DNA of 61,550 nucleotides, filler included. It is 5 parts of 5 records of this genome, joined end to end, with 100 filler letters (N's around TTAATTAATTAA, not from the genome) between each part and the next. Parts side by side here need not be neighbours in the genome. Positions count along the whole stretch, not along the records: positions 5,808 to 35,614 come from SRR2962707_4864; positions 35,715 to 45,938 come from SRR2962707_4867; 3 more parts are not named here. One strand, 5' to 3'. This document shows, piece by piece, positions 28,916 to 40,435 of the stretch. Position 1 is the first letter of the stretch; each line of letters begins with the position of its first letter. The notes under the pieces are model-generated. The model had not been told where the DNA came from. It ran no database searches and saw only the letters and a program-made list of their open reading frames with translations. Both the position numbers and the translations under genes were made by a program.

Positions 28916-29839
28916 TTGAGTTTGCCACATGTTCATATCTTGCTGTGCACTAAAAATGGCGGGCCATATATTGAGGCGCAGCTGAAATCCATTCTTGCCC
29001 AAACCCATCAGGATTGGACCCTTTGGATCAGCGACGACGGGTCGACCGATCAAACGTTGCCCTGTGTGAACCGTTTTATTGCCGCACATTCTGATCGTGA
29101 TATTCGGGTGGTGACGGGGCCGGGCCAAGGGTGCGCGCAAAACTTTATGACGCTGCTGGCCCGCCCGGAATTGACCCGTGCGTGGATCGCATTTGCCGAT
29201 CAGGATGATGTGTGGATGCCCCATAAATTGACGCGCGCGGTAGACATGATTTGGCGTGGGACCGGTGCCCAAATCTATGCCAGCCGCAGCATATATACCG
29301 ATGCCGCCCTGAACCCAATCGGCATGTCGCCAGATTACCAGCGCCCGTTCGAGTTTGGAAATGCGTTGGTGCAGAATGTTTTGCGTGGCAACACGCTGGT
29401 GATGCCACCGGACGTGACTGAATTTTTGGTCGGTACCTTGCCGTTTGCGCTGAATGCGGGCGTCCCTTTCCATGATTGGTGGGTGTACCAGACAGCGACG
29501 GGTGCCGGGTTCGATGTCATTCATGACGCACAGCCCGGGCTGTTTTACCGGCAGCATGATAACAATTTGCTGGGGTCCAGCCGTACCCATGCTGGGCACC
29601 GCGCCGCCATTTTGTTGCGCCGTGTGTTTGCAGAGTGGATTGACCGGAATGTACATGTCCTTTCCGATCTGTCGCCCGTCTTGACCCGTCAAAGCCGCCG
29701 GGTTTTGTTCGACTTTATCGATTGGCGGGCGCAACCGGCTTCGGATTGGCGGGTGGCCCCGCAGTCGATTGGGATTTACCGCCAAAGCGTGGGTGGCGAT
29801 ATTGCCTTGCGGGTTCTCGCACGGCTGGGAAAGCTGTGA
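28916..29839 (+). CDS. GT2 glycosyltransferase (rhamnosyltransferase-like)
   Basis: TTG start; ILLCTKNG, SDDGSTD, FADQDDVW, HDWW and YRQHDNN motifs. Confidence 0.88.
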   Translation: MSLPHVHILLCTKNGGPYIEAQLKSILAQTHQDWTLWISDDGSTDQTLPCVNRFIAAHSDRDIRVVTGPGQGCAQNFMTLLARPELTRAWIAFADQDDVWMPHKLTRAVDMIWRGTGAQIYASRSIYTDAALNPIGMSPDYQRPFEFGNALVQNVLRGNTLVMPPDVTEFLVGTLPFALNAGVPFHDWWVYQTATGAGFDVIHDAQPGLFYRQHDNNLLGSSRTHAGHRAAILLRRVFAEWIDRNVHVLSDLSPVLTRQSRRVLFDFIDWRAQPASDWRVAPQSIGIYRQSVGGDIALRVLARLGKL

Positions 29840-29847
29840 TGCACGGT

Positions 29848-30609
29848 TCATGACAGCACCCCCTGAATGCGAAGCTGCTGCATAAGCTCGACATCATTGG
29901 CGGAAAAATCCGCAAGCTTTTGTTTGTTTGCGTCGCTTTCCAACCGTTCGAGAAGTTGCGGCCATCGTTTGGTACCCAGAGATTTCGGCCCCGCATTCAC
30001 CCGCTTTTCGACGACTGAAATCTGTTGGCCGGTAAGCCGGGCAATATCAACTTCAAGCGTCCCTAGGGATTCAATTGAATAGATGCGGTCAAGCTGTCCC
30101 GCGCCATTTTGGGCCAAATCGATCAGCTCGCATGCCGGAGTATCCGCGATCTGTGCGGCACCGCGAATTTTGCGTGTCGCGAAATAAGAGCAATAGAAAT
30201 TGTCATAGTGGTCACGAATAAATTGCTGCCAATGCGCGTCGCCCCCAAAGAAATAATCATCGACGGTTTGTTCCTTGATCTTCTTTAGCCCGATATTCGA
30301 CGGGTGACGCAGCGCCTCGGCATCCAAGGCGCGCGATTTTTGGTGCAGATAGAAATAGAACGAGGCAATCCTTTCGAATGGATCGCGCAGGATCGTAAAG
30401 GCAAAACGATTCGCGTTAAACTGACCCAGATTAGCCCAATCCAAATGTCCGGAGTACAGCGTGTAACCCGGCGGAAACTGCCCTTCGTCGGGGGCCTGAG
30501 TGTGAACTCGGACCGGTGATGTCTGATCTTCACCGATCACCCGAGAAAGCTCGGAATGGACAGTTTGGCCAGCGGTTTTTGGGATGTGAAGAAAGATGAT
30601 TTTCTTCAC
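29848..30609 (-). CDS. Sulfotransferase family 2 protein
   Basis: FLHIPKTAGQT, SGH and TILRDPFERIASFY motifs. Confidence 0.85.
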   Translation of the reverse strand: MKKIIFLHIPKTAGQTVHSELSRVIGEDQTSPVRVHTQAPDEGQFPPGYTLYSGHLDWANLGQFNANRFAFTILRDPFERIASFYFYLHQKSRALDAEALRHPSNIGLKKIKEQTVDDYFFGGDAHWQQFIRDHYDNFYCSYFATRKIRGAAQIADTPACELIDLAQNGAGQLDRIYSIESLGTLEVDIARLTGQQISVVEKRVNAGPKSLGTKRWPQLLERLESDANKQKLADFSANDVELMQQLRIQGVLS

Positions 30610-31340
30610 GCGGGGATACCTTTTTTCAGATCGATTTTCTCTGGTTTGTAGGGGGCCGTACCGTCAAGCATCTGATGGATACCTTTGCAAAATTCGGCGG
30701 GTTCTGACGGGTCAAGATGGTCCATTTGCCAAGGGGCGAACTGCCACCACCGGCTGCGCAGCATGGGGGTGATCAGCGTGGCCGGCAGTCGCATCTTTTT
30801 GATGCTTGCGGGGTTTCCAGCGACGACTGAAAACGCCGGAACATCGCGCGTTACAACAGCGTGGGCACCGATGATGGCACCGTCACCGATCGAAACCCCA
30901 GCAGCAATATATGCGCCGTGGCCGATCCAGACGTCATTCCCTATCTTGGTGATTTTCACCTTGGTTGGGGGGCCTTTGAAGGTGAATTTATAGTTATGAT
31001 AATGTTCGGCCGCATCAAATCCGTCGCCAAGATCAAACAGCTTGTCACCCAAATAAAAGGCCGGACTGGTCGATGCCCAATGTGTCGGATGGTTTTGCCG
31101 GCCAATTTGAACGCCCTCGCCGAACGAACAGTATCGCCCGATGCGCGCAGCAAAACAGTACCCCGAAACCTGATAGGAGAATGCGCCCAATTCGAGGGAA
31201 TGCTCGTACTGGGTCCACTTCAAGCTGGCTGGGATTTCCAAGATGCTATGCTCAGGCAGGCTCACATTGGGGCCGCCCCTGCTCAAGACCTCAATCCCTG
31301 CCGCTTGCAGCTTTTTGATTGGTACAGATATCTGGGCCAT
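30606..31340 (-). CDS. CatB/Vat-related left-handed beta-helix O-acetyltransferase
   Basis: ATG at 31340 overlapping the upstream TGA; IGRYCSF, NHPT, IGNDVWIG, IGDGAIIG, VAGNPA and RWW motifs. Confidence 0.88.
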   Translation of the reverse strand: MAQISVPIKKLQAAGIEVLSRGGPNVSLPEHSILEIPASLKWTQYEHSLELGAFSYQVSGYCFAARIGRYCSFGEGVQIGRQNHPTHWASTSPAFYLGDKLFDLGDGFDAAEHYHNYKFTFKGPPTKVKITKIGNDVWIGHGAYIAAGVSIGDGAIIGAHAVVTRDVPAFSVVAGNPASIKKMRLPATLITPMLRSRWWQFAPWQMDHLDPSEPAEFCKGIHQMLDGTAPYKPEKIDLKKGIPA

Positions 31341-33847
31341 CACGCAGCGCTTTCTATCGAATAGGGTGTTTTGTTGAAATGATCCCTCAGGTTCGCGATT
31401 TGGCATTCACCTTTCGTGAATGGGATCGGACAACCGTTGCTGGCATCGCTGACGGCCTTGCCTTGGGCACCTAGGTTAAAGGCGTGAACCGGCAGGCCTG
31501 TGGCCAACGCTTCGTGTGTTGTAAAAGAGAACGTTTCCGGCCAGATAGACGGGATAAGCCAGTCAGTAATGCCGTAGCGATCGCAAATATGTTGTAGGTT
31601 ATCAATGCGATAGCCGCCGTGTATCGGAATGGAGGACGGGATCGGATAGGTGGTGTCAAAATTTCCGATGATGGCGAGGCCGATATCATTTTGACCAAGA
31701 ATCACCGCGAGAGCATGGATAAGCCCTGCCCCTTTTTGCAGGCCAATATCACCGAGCACGCCGATAACCCGCCGATCCCCTGCAGGGCGCGGTTGGATAA
31801 CGGGGACTTGTTGCAACAATTGATGCGGGTTGATTGAAATTTTGTCCGAGATCGCAGGATAGGCGGTTTTCAGAATTTCTGCGCTGCTGGACGAGAAAAC
31901 AATAACGTCTTTTGCGTGGTCTAGCGGGGTGGCCCAGGCCGTTTGCCAGTCTTGCAGTGACAATTTCGGATCGTCTGATGGCACTAAAGGGTCCGGGGTG
32001 TGCTGAACTGTCGGGACTCCGTGGTAGATCCCGGCGTCATCCAGCAGGGTATAGGACGGCGATATGACAAAATAATCGTGCAGCAGAATTTCGATCGTGT
32101 GGCGGCCATTATTGCTGAGCTTGAATAGTGCATCGGGCAGAGATGCAGGATCATGGTCGCCAACGCCGCAGGAATAGACGATGCGGCGGCACGAGATCGG
32201 AGCCAACATTTGCAAAACATAATCAAGGCTATTTGTGTGACCGGCTATCGTGCCATTGGGGGTAACAAGTTCGATCTGCCAGCGTTGTTTGCCGCCGACC
32301 CGCAGTATCACGGCCGACCGCCCTAGGGCGTGATGTTTGCTGGTGATCCGGTTGGAAAGATACGCATCGGCACCGCCGCCCATACTATGCGCGAGATAGA
32401 TTGATACCGGATACGCATCCTGCGCCCCCAGCCAAGCAAGGCCAAGCGCCAGCCTGGTTGAGCGTAGCGGATCAGACTGAACAAAGCGTTGAACGTCGTT
32501 GTCAAAGTGTGGAAACCTTTGCCGGACTTTCATGTTGTTTTCCGCGATAAGCTTTTGCTTTTCCTTGCTCCCAAAGCTTTCACCGCCGCGGTGTTCAACA
32601 AACAGGTTGCCAGCACTTAGATGCTGGCCACTCATTGCCTTAACCCGCTGACACCAATCAACCTCTTCCCCGTAGCCACGCCCGTATGCTGTGTCGAAAC
32701 TTGGGTTTTTCGCCAGGTATGTGAAATTGATAGCCATGCAGAAACCCACGCCGGTGGGGGCCTCAATCAATCCGGCCGCTTGGTTTAAGGACGCGGCCGT
32801 TCGATCAATTATGTCGCCTTGGCCACTGGTTAATTCTTGGGGCTGGCAGATCAAAGGGACCGAGAAAACCTCGGCGTTGTTGGACATGGGGGTGACCGTT
32901 GCAACGTTTTTGCGCAGCTTAAAGGGCGCAATCAGCCGGGACGCCCAACCCGCAGGAACCAACGCGTCAGAGTTCAGCAGTACCACGGGATCGGACCACA
33001 ATAGCGCCTGTTCAAAAGCGCGGTTTACACTGCGGATAAAGCCAAGGTTCTCTTTGTTTTCCAGCAAGATAACCTGATCTGTGTTCGCGGCTTTCCATTG
33101 CCTCAGAAACGGAAGCACGCGGCTGTCCGTCGATGCATCCTCGACCAAGATCAAACGCCACGGTAAATCGGTATGGTCCTTAACGCGGGCAAGCGCATCT
33201 TGAAGAAGATCGAAAGCGTTGAAAACAGGCATTATAATCGTAATGCTGTCGTCTGGGTTGAACTGTGGCGGGCTGTCATCCTCGCGAAACAGAGCCGGGT
33301 CAAGCTTGAGCGATGTGGGGAGTGTCGTGAGGTGCAGCCCCTGTTTGATCCGCGCGCGGTATTTCGGATCACGGGTCGCAAGCCAGCCGATTGCCGAGGG
33401 TAGCTGACCCAAAATTGCCAGAATAAAGCTGAAGAGAACGCGCAGTTGGATCCATCGAATATGGTTCAACGGCAGCGGACGGCTAATCGTCGGTTGGGCT
33501 GGATCAGCGCCGTGAAGTTCGATGCCAAAGCGGGCGATTTCCGCCAAACCCAAGGGCCCCAGCGGCACGGAAAAATCAAACCCCAAGTGGGCATCCAGCT
33601 TATACGCTTTGGCGACGTCATCCCGCAGAAGGTCAGGCCAAGCGCTGGCTGTGATCCCGTTCATGTGTAAAACGACCTCGGTCGCGCAAGACCAACCAGC
33701 CAGCCGAATATGACCATCGGCCACCGTGACAAGGTCGATCGCGCCAATGATTTGACCATCGGTTGCATAGAACGCATGCGGTTTTCCCTGCGCCTTTAGG
33801 TGCGCGGTCGCGTAGCGGGCAAAAAGAGCGGCGAGCTGTTTATACAA
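31340..33847 (-). CDS. Multidomain glycosyltransferase (GT2 domain plus C-terminal GT-B/GT4-like domain)
   Basis: IIMPVFNA, VEDASTD, NLGF, LLNSD and GYGEEVDW (GT2); HSMGGG, LHDYF, KG and PSIWPETFSFTTHEAL (GT4-like). Confidence 0.88.
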   Translation of the reverse strand: MYKQLAALFARYATAHLKAQGKPHAFYATDGQIIGAIDLVTVADGHIRLAGWSCATEVVLHMNGITASAWPDLLRDDVAKAYKLDAHLGFDFSVPLGPLGLAEIARFGIELHGADPAQPTISRPLPLNHIRWIQLRVLFSFILAILGQLPSAIGWLATRDPKYRARIKQGLHLTTLPTSLKLDPALFREDDSPPQFNPDDSITIIMPVFNAFDLLQDALARVKDHTDLPWRLILVEDASTDSRVLPFLRQWKAANTDQVILLENKENLGFIRSVNRAFEQALLWSDPVVLLNSDALVPAGWASRLIAPFKLRKNVATVTPMSNNAEVFSVPLICQPQELTSGQGDIIDRTAASLNQAAGLIEAPTGVGFCMAINFTYLAKNPSFDTAYGRGYGEEVDWCQRVKAMSGQHLSAGNLFVEHRGGESFGSKEKQKLIAENNMKVRQRFPHFDNDVQRFVQSDPLRSTRLALGLAWLGAQDAYPVSIYLAHSMGGGADAYLSNRITSKHHALGRSAVILRVGGKQRWQIELVTPNGTIAGHTNSLDYVLQMLAPISCRRIVYSCGVGDHDPASLPDALFKLSNNGRHTIEILLHDYFVISPSYTLLDDAGIYHGVPTVQHTPDPLVPSDDPKLSLQDWQTAWATPLDHAKDVIVFSSSSAEILKTAYPAISDKISINPHQLLQQVPVIQPRPAGDRRVIGVLGDIGLQKGAGLIHALAVILGQNDIGLAIIGNFDTTYPIPSSIPIHGGYRIDNLQHICDRYGITDWLIPSIWPETFSFTTHEALATGLPVHAFNLGAQGKAVSDASNGCPIPFTKGECQIANLRDHFNKTPYSIESAA

Positions 33848-33905
33848 AATCAGTCTTTTCGATTCTAAGTTCTTTAGATTGGATTTCAGATCAGCACGCG
33901 CGTGC

Positions 33906-33920
33906 TTAAGGGGAGGTTAA
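33906..33920. promoter_or_regulatory. CtrA-type box in the divergent promoter region
   Basis: TTAA-GGGGAGG-TTAA, an exact TTAA-N7-TTAA, in a 134-bp intergenic region. Confidence 0.6.
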
Positions 33921-33981
33921 AAGTGCAACTAGCGACCGTTTTAGGAAGAGCAGGAGCCTCAGTTCGGCGCATCGCACTGCC

Positions 33982-34629
33982 ATGAATGCGCCAAAGATTA
34001 CCGACAGTGGTTTGAATAATCAGGTTGATATCGATGCGTCGGTAAAGCTGGACGACGGGTTTCAGATCCACATCAAGGGCCGCGATAATCACCTTGCTAT
34101 CGGGGCAAATACGGTTCTTGGCAGCGGAGTGATCGAGCTGAGAAACAACGCGTGTTCAGTAAAGATCGGGGAGAATTGTTTTCTAAACGGCGGTTTTCGG
34201 TGTCGCGCCGGAGACAGCCATATCCGGATAGGCGACAAAACCACCATGATGATGGCGCATATTTCGCTGCATGAGGCCGGTTATATTACGCTTGGGGACG
34301 ACTGTATGTTGTCTGGTGATATCACCATGGATGTCAGTGACATGCATTCAATCTTGGATGTTGAAACCGGCATACGGCTAAACCCGCCACGTGATATTTT
34401 GATTGGTGATCACGTGTGGTTGGCGCAGGGGGTGCGGATCATGAAGGGCGCGCAGATCGGACAAGACTGCATTATCGGAAGCCGCGCTATGGTGTGTGGT
34501 GCGATCCCGGCAAACTCGCTTGCCGTGGGCATGCCCGCACGCGTGATGCGCAGCGGCGTCACTTGGGACCGCAGGCGTTTACCCTTGTCGCCAGTTGCCG
34601 CAGGTGCCCCCGCCGAAGAGCCGCTTTGA
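33982..34629 (+). CDS. Hexapeptide-repeat (LbH) acyltransferase
   Basis: Repeated [LIV]G hexapeptides, SDMHSI, IGDHVWL, IGQDCIIG and AVGMPARV motifs. Confidence 0.88.
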   Translation: MNAPKITDSGLNNQVDIDASVKLDDGFQIHIKGRDNHLAIGANTVLGSGVIELRNNACSVKIGENCFLNGGFRCRAGDSHIRIGDKTTMMMAHISLHEAGYITLGDDCMLSGDITMDVSDMHSILDVETGIRLNPPRDILIGDHVWLAQGVRIMKGAQIGQDCIIGSRAMVCGAIPANSLAVGMPARVMRSGVTWDRRRLPLSPVAAGAPAEEPL

Positions 34630-34701
34630 CAGCTATCCGGCGAGGGTGTTGTTGATAAACGTGCAAGGAAACACGCAATTATACGCTCAGTGGCAGCGCG
34701 C

Positions 34702-35614
<913 letters not shown>

Positions 35615-35714
35615 NNNNNNNNNNNNNNNNNNNNNNNNNNNNNNNNNNNNNNNNNNNNTTAATTAATTAANNNNNNNNNNNNNNNNNNNNNNNNNNNNNN
35701 NNNNNNNNNNNNNN
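35615..35714. other. Artificial contig spacer
   Basis: N44-TTAATTAATTAA-N44. Confidence 0.99.
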
Positions 35715-35715
35715 C

Positions 35716-37020
35716 GGCATCGCGCTTGGGTCCTGGTGGGCCTATTACGAGCTCGGCTGGGGCGGGTTCTGGTTCTGGGATCCCGTTGAAAACGCTTCCT
35801 TTATGCCATGGCTTTTGGCAGCGGCGCTTTTACATTCTGCTGTTGTGGTGGAAAAACGCGAGAGCTTGAAAAGCTGGACGATCCTGCTGGCGATCCTTGC
35901 GTTTGGGTTTTCACTGATCGGCACGTTTATCGTGCGTTCGGGCTTGCTGACGTCCGTCCATGCCTTTGCCAACGATCCTGAACGCGGGGTGTTCATTTTG
36001 ATGATCATGGCGTTCTTCATGGGCGGTGCTTTGGTGTTGTTCGCGATGCGCGCCTCCGCCCTTGAGGCGAAGGGCGTGTTTAGCATCGTCAGCCGTGAAT
36101 CTGCTTTGCTCGTGAACAACGTGTTGCTCGCCGTTGCGTGTTTCGTCGTGTTTATCGGGACGATGTGGCCACTGGTGGCCGAGATGTTCTTTGACCGTAA
36201 GCTAAGCGTCGGGCCACCGTTCTTTAACGCGGCATTCACGCCTTTTATGGTACTGCTGGGGCTGTTCTTGCCGATTGGATCGGCGATGCCGTGGAAACGT
36301 GCGCAGATCAGCCGCGTGCTGAAACCGTTGCGCTATGTTTTCGTGCTGGCGGTGGCGCTTGGTTGTTTGGCCTATGTGATACAGACCGGCCGCAGCCTTT
36401 TGGGCCCGGTTGGGATGTTCTTGGGTGCATGGATCGTGATGGGTGCAGTCGTTGACCTGTTGGGCCGTACCGGGCGCGGGCAGGGGCGTTTGCGTCGCCT
36501 GTCACGTCTGCCACGGGCTGATTGGGGCAAGGTGACCGCGCATTCGGGGCTTGGCGTGACCATGGCCGGGATCGCGGGCCTGATGGCTTGGAACATTGAT
36601 GACATTCGCGCCGTGCCCATTGGCGGTACGATTGATGTGGGCAGCTATTCCGTTCAGCTTGATAATGTTGAACGGTCGCAGGGGCCGAACTATGTCGCGA
36701 CCACCGGTTATGTGACCTTGTTCCAAGATGGCGTTGAAATTGCGCAACTGCGCCCGGAAAAACGGTTCTATCCGGTGGCGCAGATGCCAACGACTGAAGC
36801 GGCTATCGATTACAACCTGCTGCGCGACGTCTATGTGGTGATCGGGGATGAACAAGACACCGGCGGCTGGGTCATACGAACCTATGTCAAACCTTTGACA
36901 AACTGGATCTGGATCGGCTGCGCGCTCATGGCTTTGGGCGGTTTGCTTAGCCTCACGGACAGACGGTTTCGGGTGGCTGCGGGTGCGGCCAAACGCGCAG
37001 CATCGGTGCCAGCGGAATGA
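35716..37020 (+). CDS. ccmF: Cytochrome c heme lyase CcmF (5' end cut by the contig start)
   Basis: Frame open from 35716: [41 protein letters not shown]...TTEAAI. Confidence 0.96.
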   Translation, partial: GIALGSWWAYYELGWGGFWFWDPVENASFMPWLLAAALLHSAVVVEKRESLKSWTILLAILAFGFSLIGTFIVRSGLLTSVHAFANDPERGVFILMIMAFFMGGALVLFAMRASALEAKGVFSIVSRESALLVNNVLLAVACFVVFIGTMWPLVAEMFFDRKLSVGPPFFNAAFTPFMVLLGLFLPIGSAMPWKRAQISRVLKPLRYVFVLAVALGCLAYVIQTGRSLLGPVGMFLGAWIVMGAVVDLLGRTGRGQGRLRRLSRLPRADWGKVTAHSGLGVTMAGIAGLMAWNIDDIRAVPIGGTIDVGSYSVQLDNVERSQGPNYVATTGYVTLFQDGVEIAQLRPEKRFYPVAQMPTTEAAIDYNLLRDVYVVIGDEQDTGGWVIRTYVKPLTNWIWIGCALMALGGLLSLTDRRFRVAAGAAKRAASVPAE

Positions 37021-37469
37021 GGGCGCTTTTGATAGCACTCATGTTGCTGGTCACGCCCGCTTGGGCCGTGCAACCCGATGAAATACTGTCAGATCCGGTG
37101 CTTGAGGAACGGGCGCGGGATCTATCCAAGGGGCTGCGCTGCCTTGTTTGCCGCAACGAAAGCATCGACGAGAGCAACGCGAGCCTTGCCCGTGACCTGC
37201 GGATTTTGTTGCGTGAACGGTTGGTTGCAGGCGATAGCGACCAAGAGGCCGTTGATTTCATTGTCGAACGTTACGGTGAATATGTTCTGCTTAATCCCCC
37301 TGCGTCAGGGTCGACCTGGCTGCTGTGGGGTGCTGGCCCGCTGATGCTGCTGCTTGCTGCTGGTTTGGGCTATGGCTATTTGCGCGGGCGATCCGTGGCA
37401 CCGGCACCGGATCAAACCCCGCTCAGCCCCGAAGAACAGGCCCGTTTGGACGAAATATTAAAAAGGTAA
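37017..37469 (+). CDS. ccmH: Cytochrome c biogenesis protein CcmH/CycL
   Basis: [16 protein letters not shown] and [10 protein letters not shown] motifs; ATGA overlap with ccmF. Confidence 0.95.
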   Translation: MRALLIALMLLVTPAWAVQPDEILSDPVLEERARDLSKGLRCLVCRNESIDESNASLARDLRILLRERLVAGDSDQEAVDFIVERYGEYVLLNPPASGSTWLLWGAGPLMLLLAAGLGYGYLRGRSVAPAPDQTPLSPEEQARLDEILKR

Positions 37470-37540
37470 CGCGTGGTTTTACTGGTCCTAGGGGCAGCAT
37501 TGGGTACAGTGCGGGCAAACCTGCAGATTGGACCTGACCG

Positions 37541-38317
37541 ATGGATTACCAGACCTTAACCTTTGACGTGGCCGACGGCCTTGCCCTTATCACCTTGAAC
37601 CGCGCCGATAAAATGAACGCGCTGACCACACAGATGCGCGCCGAGATCGAGCATGCCTTTGGCCAGGCGGGCAAGCAGGCACGTTGCGCGGTTCTGACCG
37701 GGGCTGGGCGCGCCTTTTGTTCGGGCCAAGATTTGGGCGACAGCAACGGCGGCGCGGCCATGGACCTCGAACGGACCCTGCGCGACGAATACGCCCCCAT
37801 GTTGCGCGCGATTACGAATTGTCCGGTCCCGACGATTGCGGCCGTGAACGGTGCGGCGGCGGGGGCCGGGGCCAATCTTGCGTTGGCTGCGGACGTGGTG
37901 ATTGCCACTGAATCTGCCTATTTTCTACAGGCGTTCACCCGCATCGGGTTGATCCCGGATGCGGGCGGCACATACACATTGCCGCGTCAGATGGGTATGG
38001 CCAAGGCGATGGGGGCCGCGCTTTTTGCGGATAAGATCAGCGCCCGTCAGGCCGATGATTGGGGTATGATTTGGGAGGCTGTCCCGGATGCCGAGTTCGA
38101 CGCCCATTGGCGCGCCAAGGCCGCTCAATTGGCCAGCGGCCCAACCTTGGCCTATGCGTCGACCAAGAAAGCCATCCGTGAAAGCTGGGATAATTCTTAC
38201 GAAGACCAGCTCGCTTTGGAGGCGCGCGAGCAGGGAAAATGCGGCCAATCGCGTGATTTCAAGGAAGGCGTTATCGCGTTCCTGCAAAAGCGGATTGCCA
38301 AATTTGAAGGGCGGTAA
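37541..38317 (+). CDS. Enoyl-CoA hydratase/isomerase (PaaG-like)
   Basis: RAFCSGQDL, VNGAAAGAG, IGLIPDAGG and DFKEGVIAF motifs. Confidence 0.92.
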   Translation: MDYQTLTFDVADGLALITLNRADKMNALTTQMRAEIEHAFGQAGKQARCAVLTGAGRAFCSGQDLGDSNGGAAMDLERTLRDEYAPMLRAITNCPVPTIAAVNGAAAGAGANLALAADVVIATESAYFLQAFTRIGLIPDAGGTYTLPRQMGMAKAMGAALFADKISARQADDWGMIWEAVPDAEFDAHWRAKAAQLASGPTLAYASTKKAIRESWDNSYEDQLALEAREQGKCGQSRDFKEGVIAFLQKRIAKFEGR

Positions 38318-38326
38318 CTGCGGCCC

Positions 38327-38749
38327 CTAAATCGAACGTTCTATCAGTAGAACGTCGTCGGGGCGAAGTGTCGGGCGCGATGTGCAGGCCACGACAGCCA
38401 CCGCGACACCATCCGCCAGAACCGTTTGAACAGAGCTGGACACCTTCTTTACCGTGATGTGAGGAGGTGTCTGGCCCTTATTATAGATGACAGCGATCTG
38501 GTCGCAGTTGTGATGCACGTCGTGAACGAAAGACCCCTGCGGGCAGTCCTGTTTCAGCGCCGCGACAGATTCCAAGCTGGTCGCGTTGTCCCATTGTAGA
38601 CCGGCCTCTGACCCTGAAACTGCCATCGCTGCAACTCTCTGTTTTTCGATGCAAGATGCCTGCGCGCCCGTGAAAATCTGCACGATTTTCAGCAAAAACA
38701 GATGCGCAGTCCTCGCAATTTTCCTTAGTTTATTGGCGGTCACTGACAT
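38327..38749 (-). CDS. Hypothetical protein
   Basis: 140-aa ORF filling the gap between a convergent gene and the gltA terminator; plausible beta-rich C-terminus. Confidence 0.5.
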   Translation of the reverse strand: MSVTANKLRKIARTAHLFLLKIVQIFTGAQASCIEKQRVAAMAVSGSEAGLQWDNATSLESVAALKQDCPQGSFVHDVHHNCDQIAVIYNKGQTPPHITVKKVSSSVQTVLADGVAVAVVACTSRPTLRPDDVLLIERSI

Positions 38750-38974
38750 GGGTCAATCAAGTTCGCTAATTGTTCAACATGGGGAAACAAAAATGCAGAA
38801 CCACCATAATCTTGGTGGTTTGGTTTCGAAATGGCGCAAAATCAGCGGAAACAATTAGGGCTTTCGGGCGTGTTTGATCACGACCGCTGTTTCGGGTTGA
38901 TTCTAACGGTGCGGATTAGGGGCGCTTTGGGGGATGAACCGTTTAGAGTTTTGCAGAGCATAAGGTCGCCCCAC

Positions 38975-39005
38975 AAAAAAACGCCCCGCCAAATGGCGGA
39001 GCGTT
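38975..39005 (-). terminator. Rho-independent terminator of gltA
   Basis: Minus strand aacgctccgcc-attt-ggcggggcgtt followed by a T run. Confidence 0.85.
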
Positions 39006-39026
39006 AAAATCATACTGGCGCTGATA

Positions 39027-40322
39027 TCAGCGTTTTTCGATGTCGATATAGTCGCGTTGGCCTTCGCCCAAGTACAGCTGGCGTGGACGGCCAATTTTAA
39101 GCTGCGGGTCGCTAATCTGTTCTTTCCATTGGGAAATCCAGCCGACTGTGCGTGCCAATGCGAAGATTGGTGTAAACATCGACGTTGGAAAGCCCATGGC
39201 CTCAAGAATGATGCCGGAATAGAAATCGACGTTCGGGAACAGTTTCTTTTCGGCGAAATACGGATCTTCCAGAGCCTGTTTCTCAAGTTCTTTGGCAACT
39301 TGCAGGATCGGGTTGTTCTCAACGCCCATCAGTTCAAGAACCTCGTCGGCGCTTTCCTTCATCACGGTCGCGCGCGGGTCAAAGTTTTTGTAAACGCGGT
39401 GGCCAAAACCCATCAGGCGGAACGGATCGTTCTTGTCCTTTGCGCGGGCGATGAATTCTGGAATGCGGTCCGGCGTGCCAATTTCCTTGAGCATTTCAAG
39501 GCATGCTTGGTTCGCGCCACCGTGGGCAGGGCCCCAAAGACATGCGATGCCAGCAGCGATACAGGCAAACGGGTTCGCACCTGAGGACGAGGCCAAGCGC
39601 ACGGTCGATGTCGATGCGTTTTGCTCGTGATCGGCATGCAGGGTAAAGATACGGTCCATCGCGCGGGCCAGAATCGGATCAACCACATATTCTTCGGCAG
39701 GAACGGCGAAACACATGCGCAGGAAGTTTCCGGCATAGTCGACGTCATTGCGTGGATAAACAAAGGGTTGGCCGATGGTATATTTATACGCCATGGCTGC
39801 GATTGTTGGCATCTTGGCGATCAAACGGATCGTCGCGACCTCGCGTTGGTGGGCATCATTGATGTCGGTGCTGTCATGATAAAACGCAGACATCGCGCCA
39901 ACAACGCCGACCATGATGGCCATAGGGTGCGCATCACGGCGGAAACCACGGAAGAAATTAATCATCTGTTCGTGGATCATGGTGTGGTTGGTCACCAGAT
40001 TTTCAAACTCTTCCAACTGCGCTGGCGAAGGAAGCTCACCGTACAACAGCAGGTAGCACACCTCGAGATAGTGCGACTGGCTGGCCAGTTGGTCGATGGG
40101 GTATCCGCGGTGCAGCAACACACCTTCGTCACCATCGATAAACGTAATCGTGCTGTCACAGGCCGCCGTAGACGTAAAACCCGGGTCATAGGTAAAGACG
40201 TTAGCCTGCGCATAAAGCTTGCGGATATCCATGACATCCGGGCCGACCGTCGGGGAATGAATAGGCAATTCATAGCTTTTTCCGTCGATGGTCAACGTTG
40301 CTGATTTTGTACTCTCGGCCAT
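39027..40322 (-). CDS. gltA: Citrate synthase (type II)
   Basis: ATG at 40322; [36 protein letters not shown] and PNVDFYSG motifs. Confidence 0.98.
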   Translation of the reverse strand: MAESTKSATLTIDGKSYELPIHSPTVGPDVMDIRKLYAQANVFTYDPGFTSTAACDSTITFIDGDEGVLLHRGYPIDQLASQSHYLEVCYLLLYGELPSPAQLEEFENLVTNHTMIHEQMINFFRGFRRDAHPMAIMVGVVGAMSAFYHDSTDINDAHQREVATIRLIAKMPTIAAMAYKYTIGQPFVYPRNDVDYAGNFLRMCFAVPAEEYVVDPILARAMDRIFTLHADHEQNASTSTVRLASSSGANPFACIAAGIACLWGPAHGGANQACLEMLKEIGTPDRIPEFIARAKDKNDPFRLMGFGHRVYKNFDPRATVMKESADEVLELMGVENNPILQVAKELEKQALEDPYFAEKKLFPNVDFYSGIILEAMGFPTSMFTPIFALARTVGWISQWKEQISDPQLKIGRPRQLYLGEGQRDYIDIEKR

Positions 40323-40435
40323 GAAGTCCCTTTCTACCGTTGGCGGTGTGCGTTTTGCCCACCGTCCGGCACCTGCCTGAATTGGCATGTGCGTTGTGTT
40401 ATCTCGCGCTTGGTTGAGATTTGCTTAAGCATCTC

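Noticed and set aside
28838-29851. 337-aa minus-strand ORF and similar long antisense ORFs (e.g. 39621-40304, 45252-45926, 46841-47503)
   Set aside because: Shadow frames of well-supported genes on the opposite strand, with no recognisable motifs
30606-31340. CatB-like gene as an antibiotic resistance determinant
   Set aside because: It is translationally coupled between a glycosyltransferase and a sulfotransferase, so a glycan O-acetyltransferase is the simpler reading
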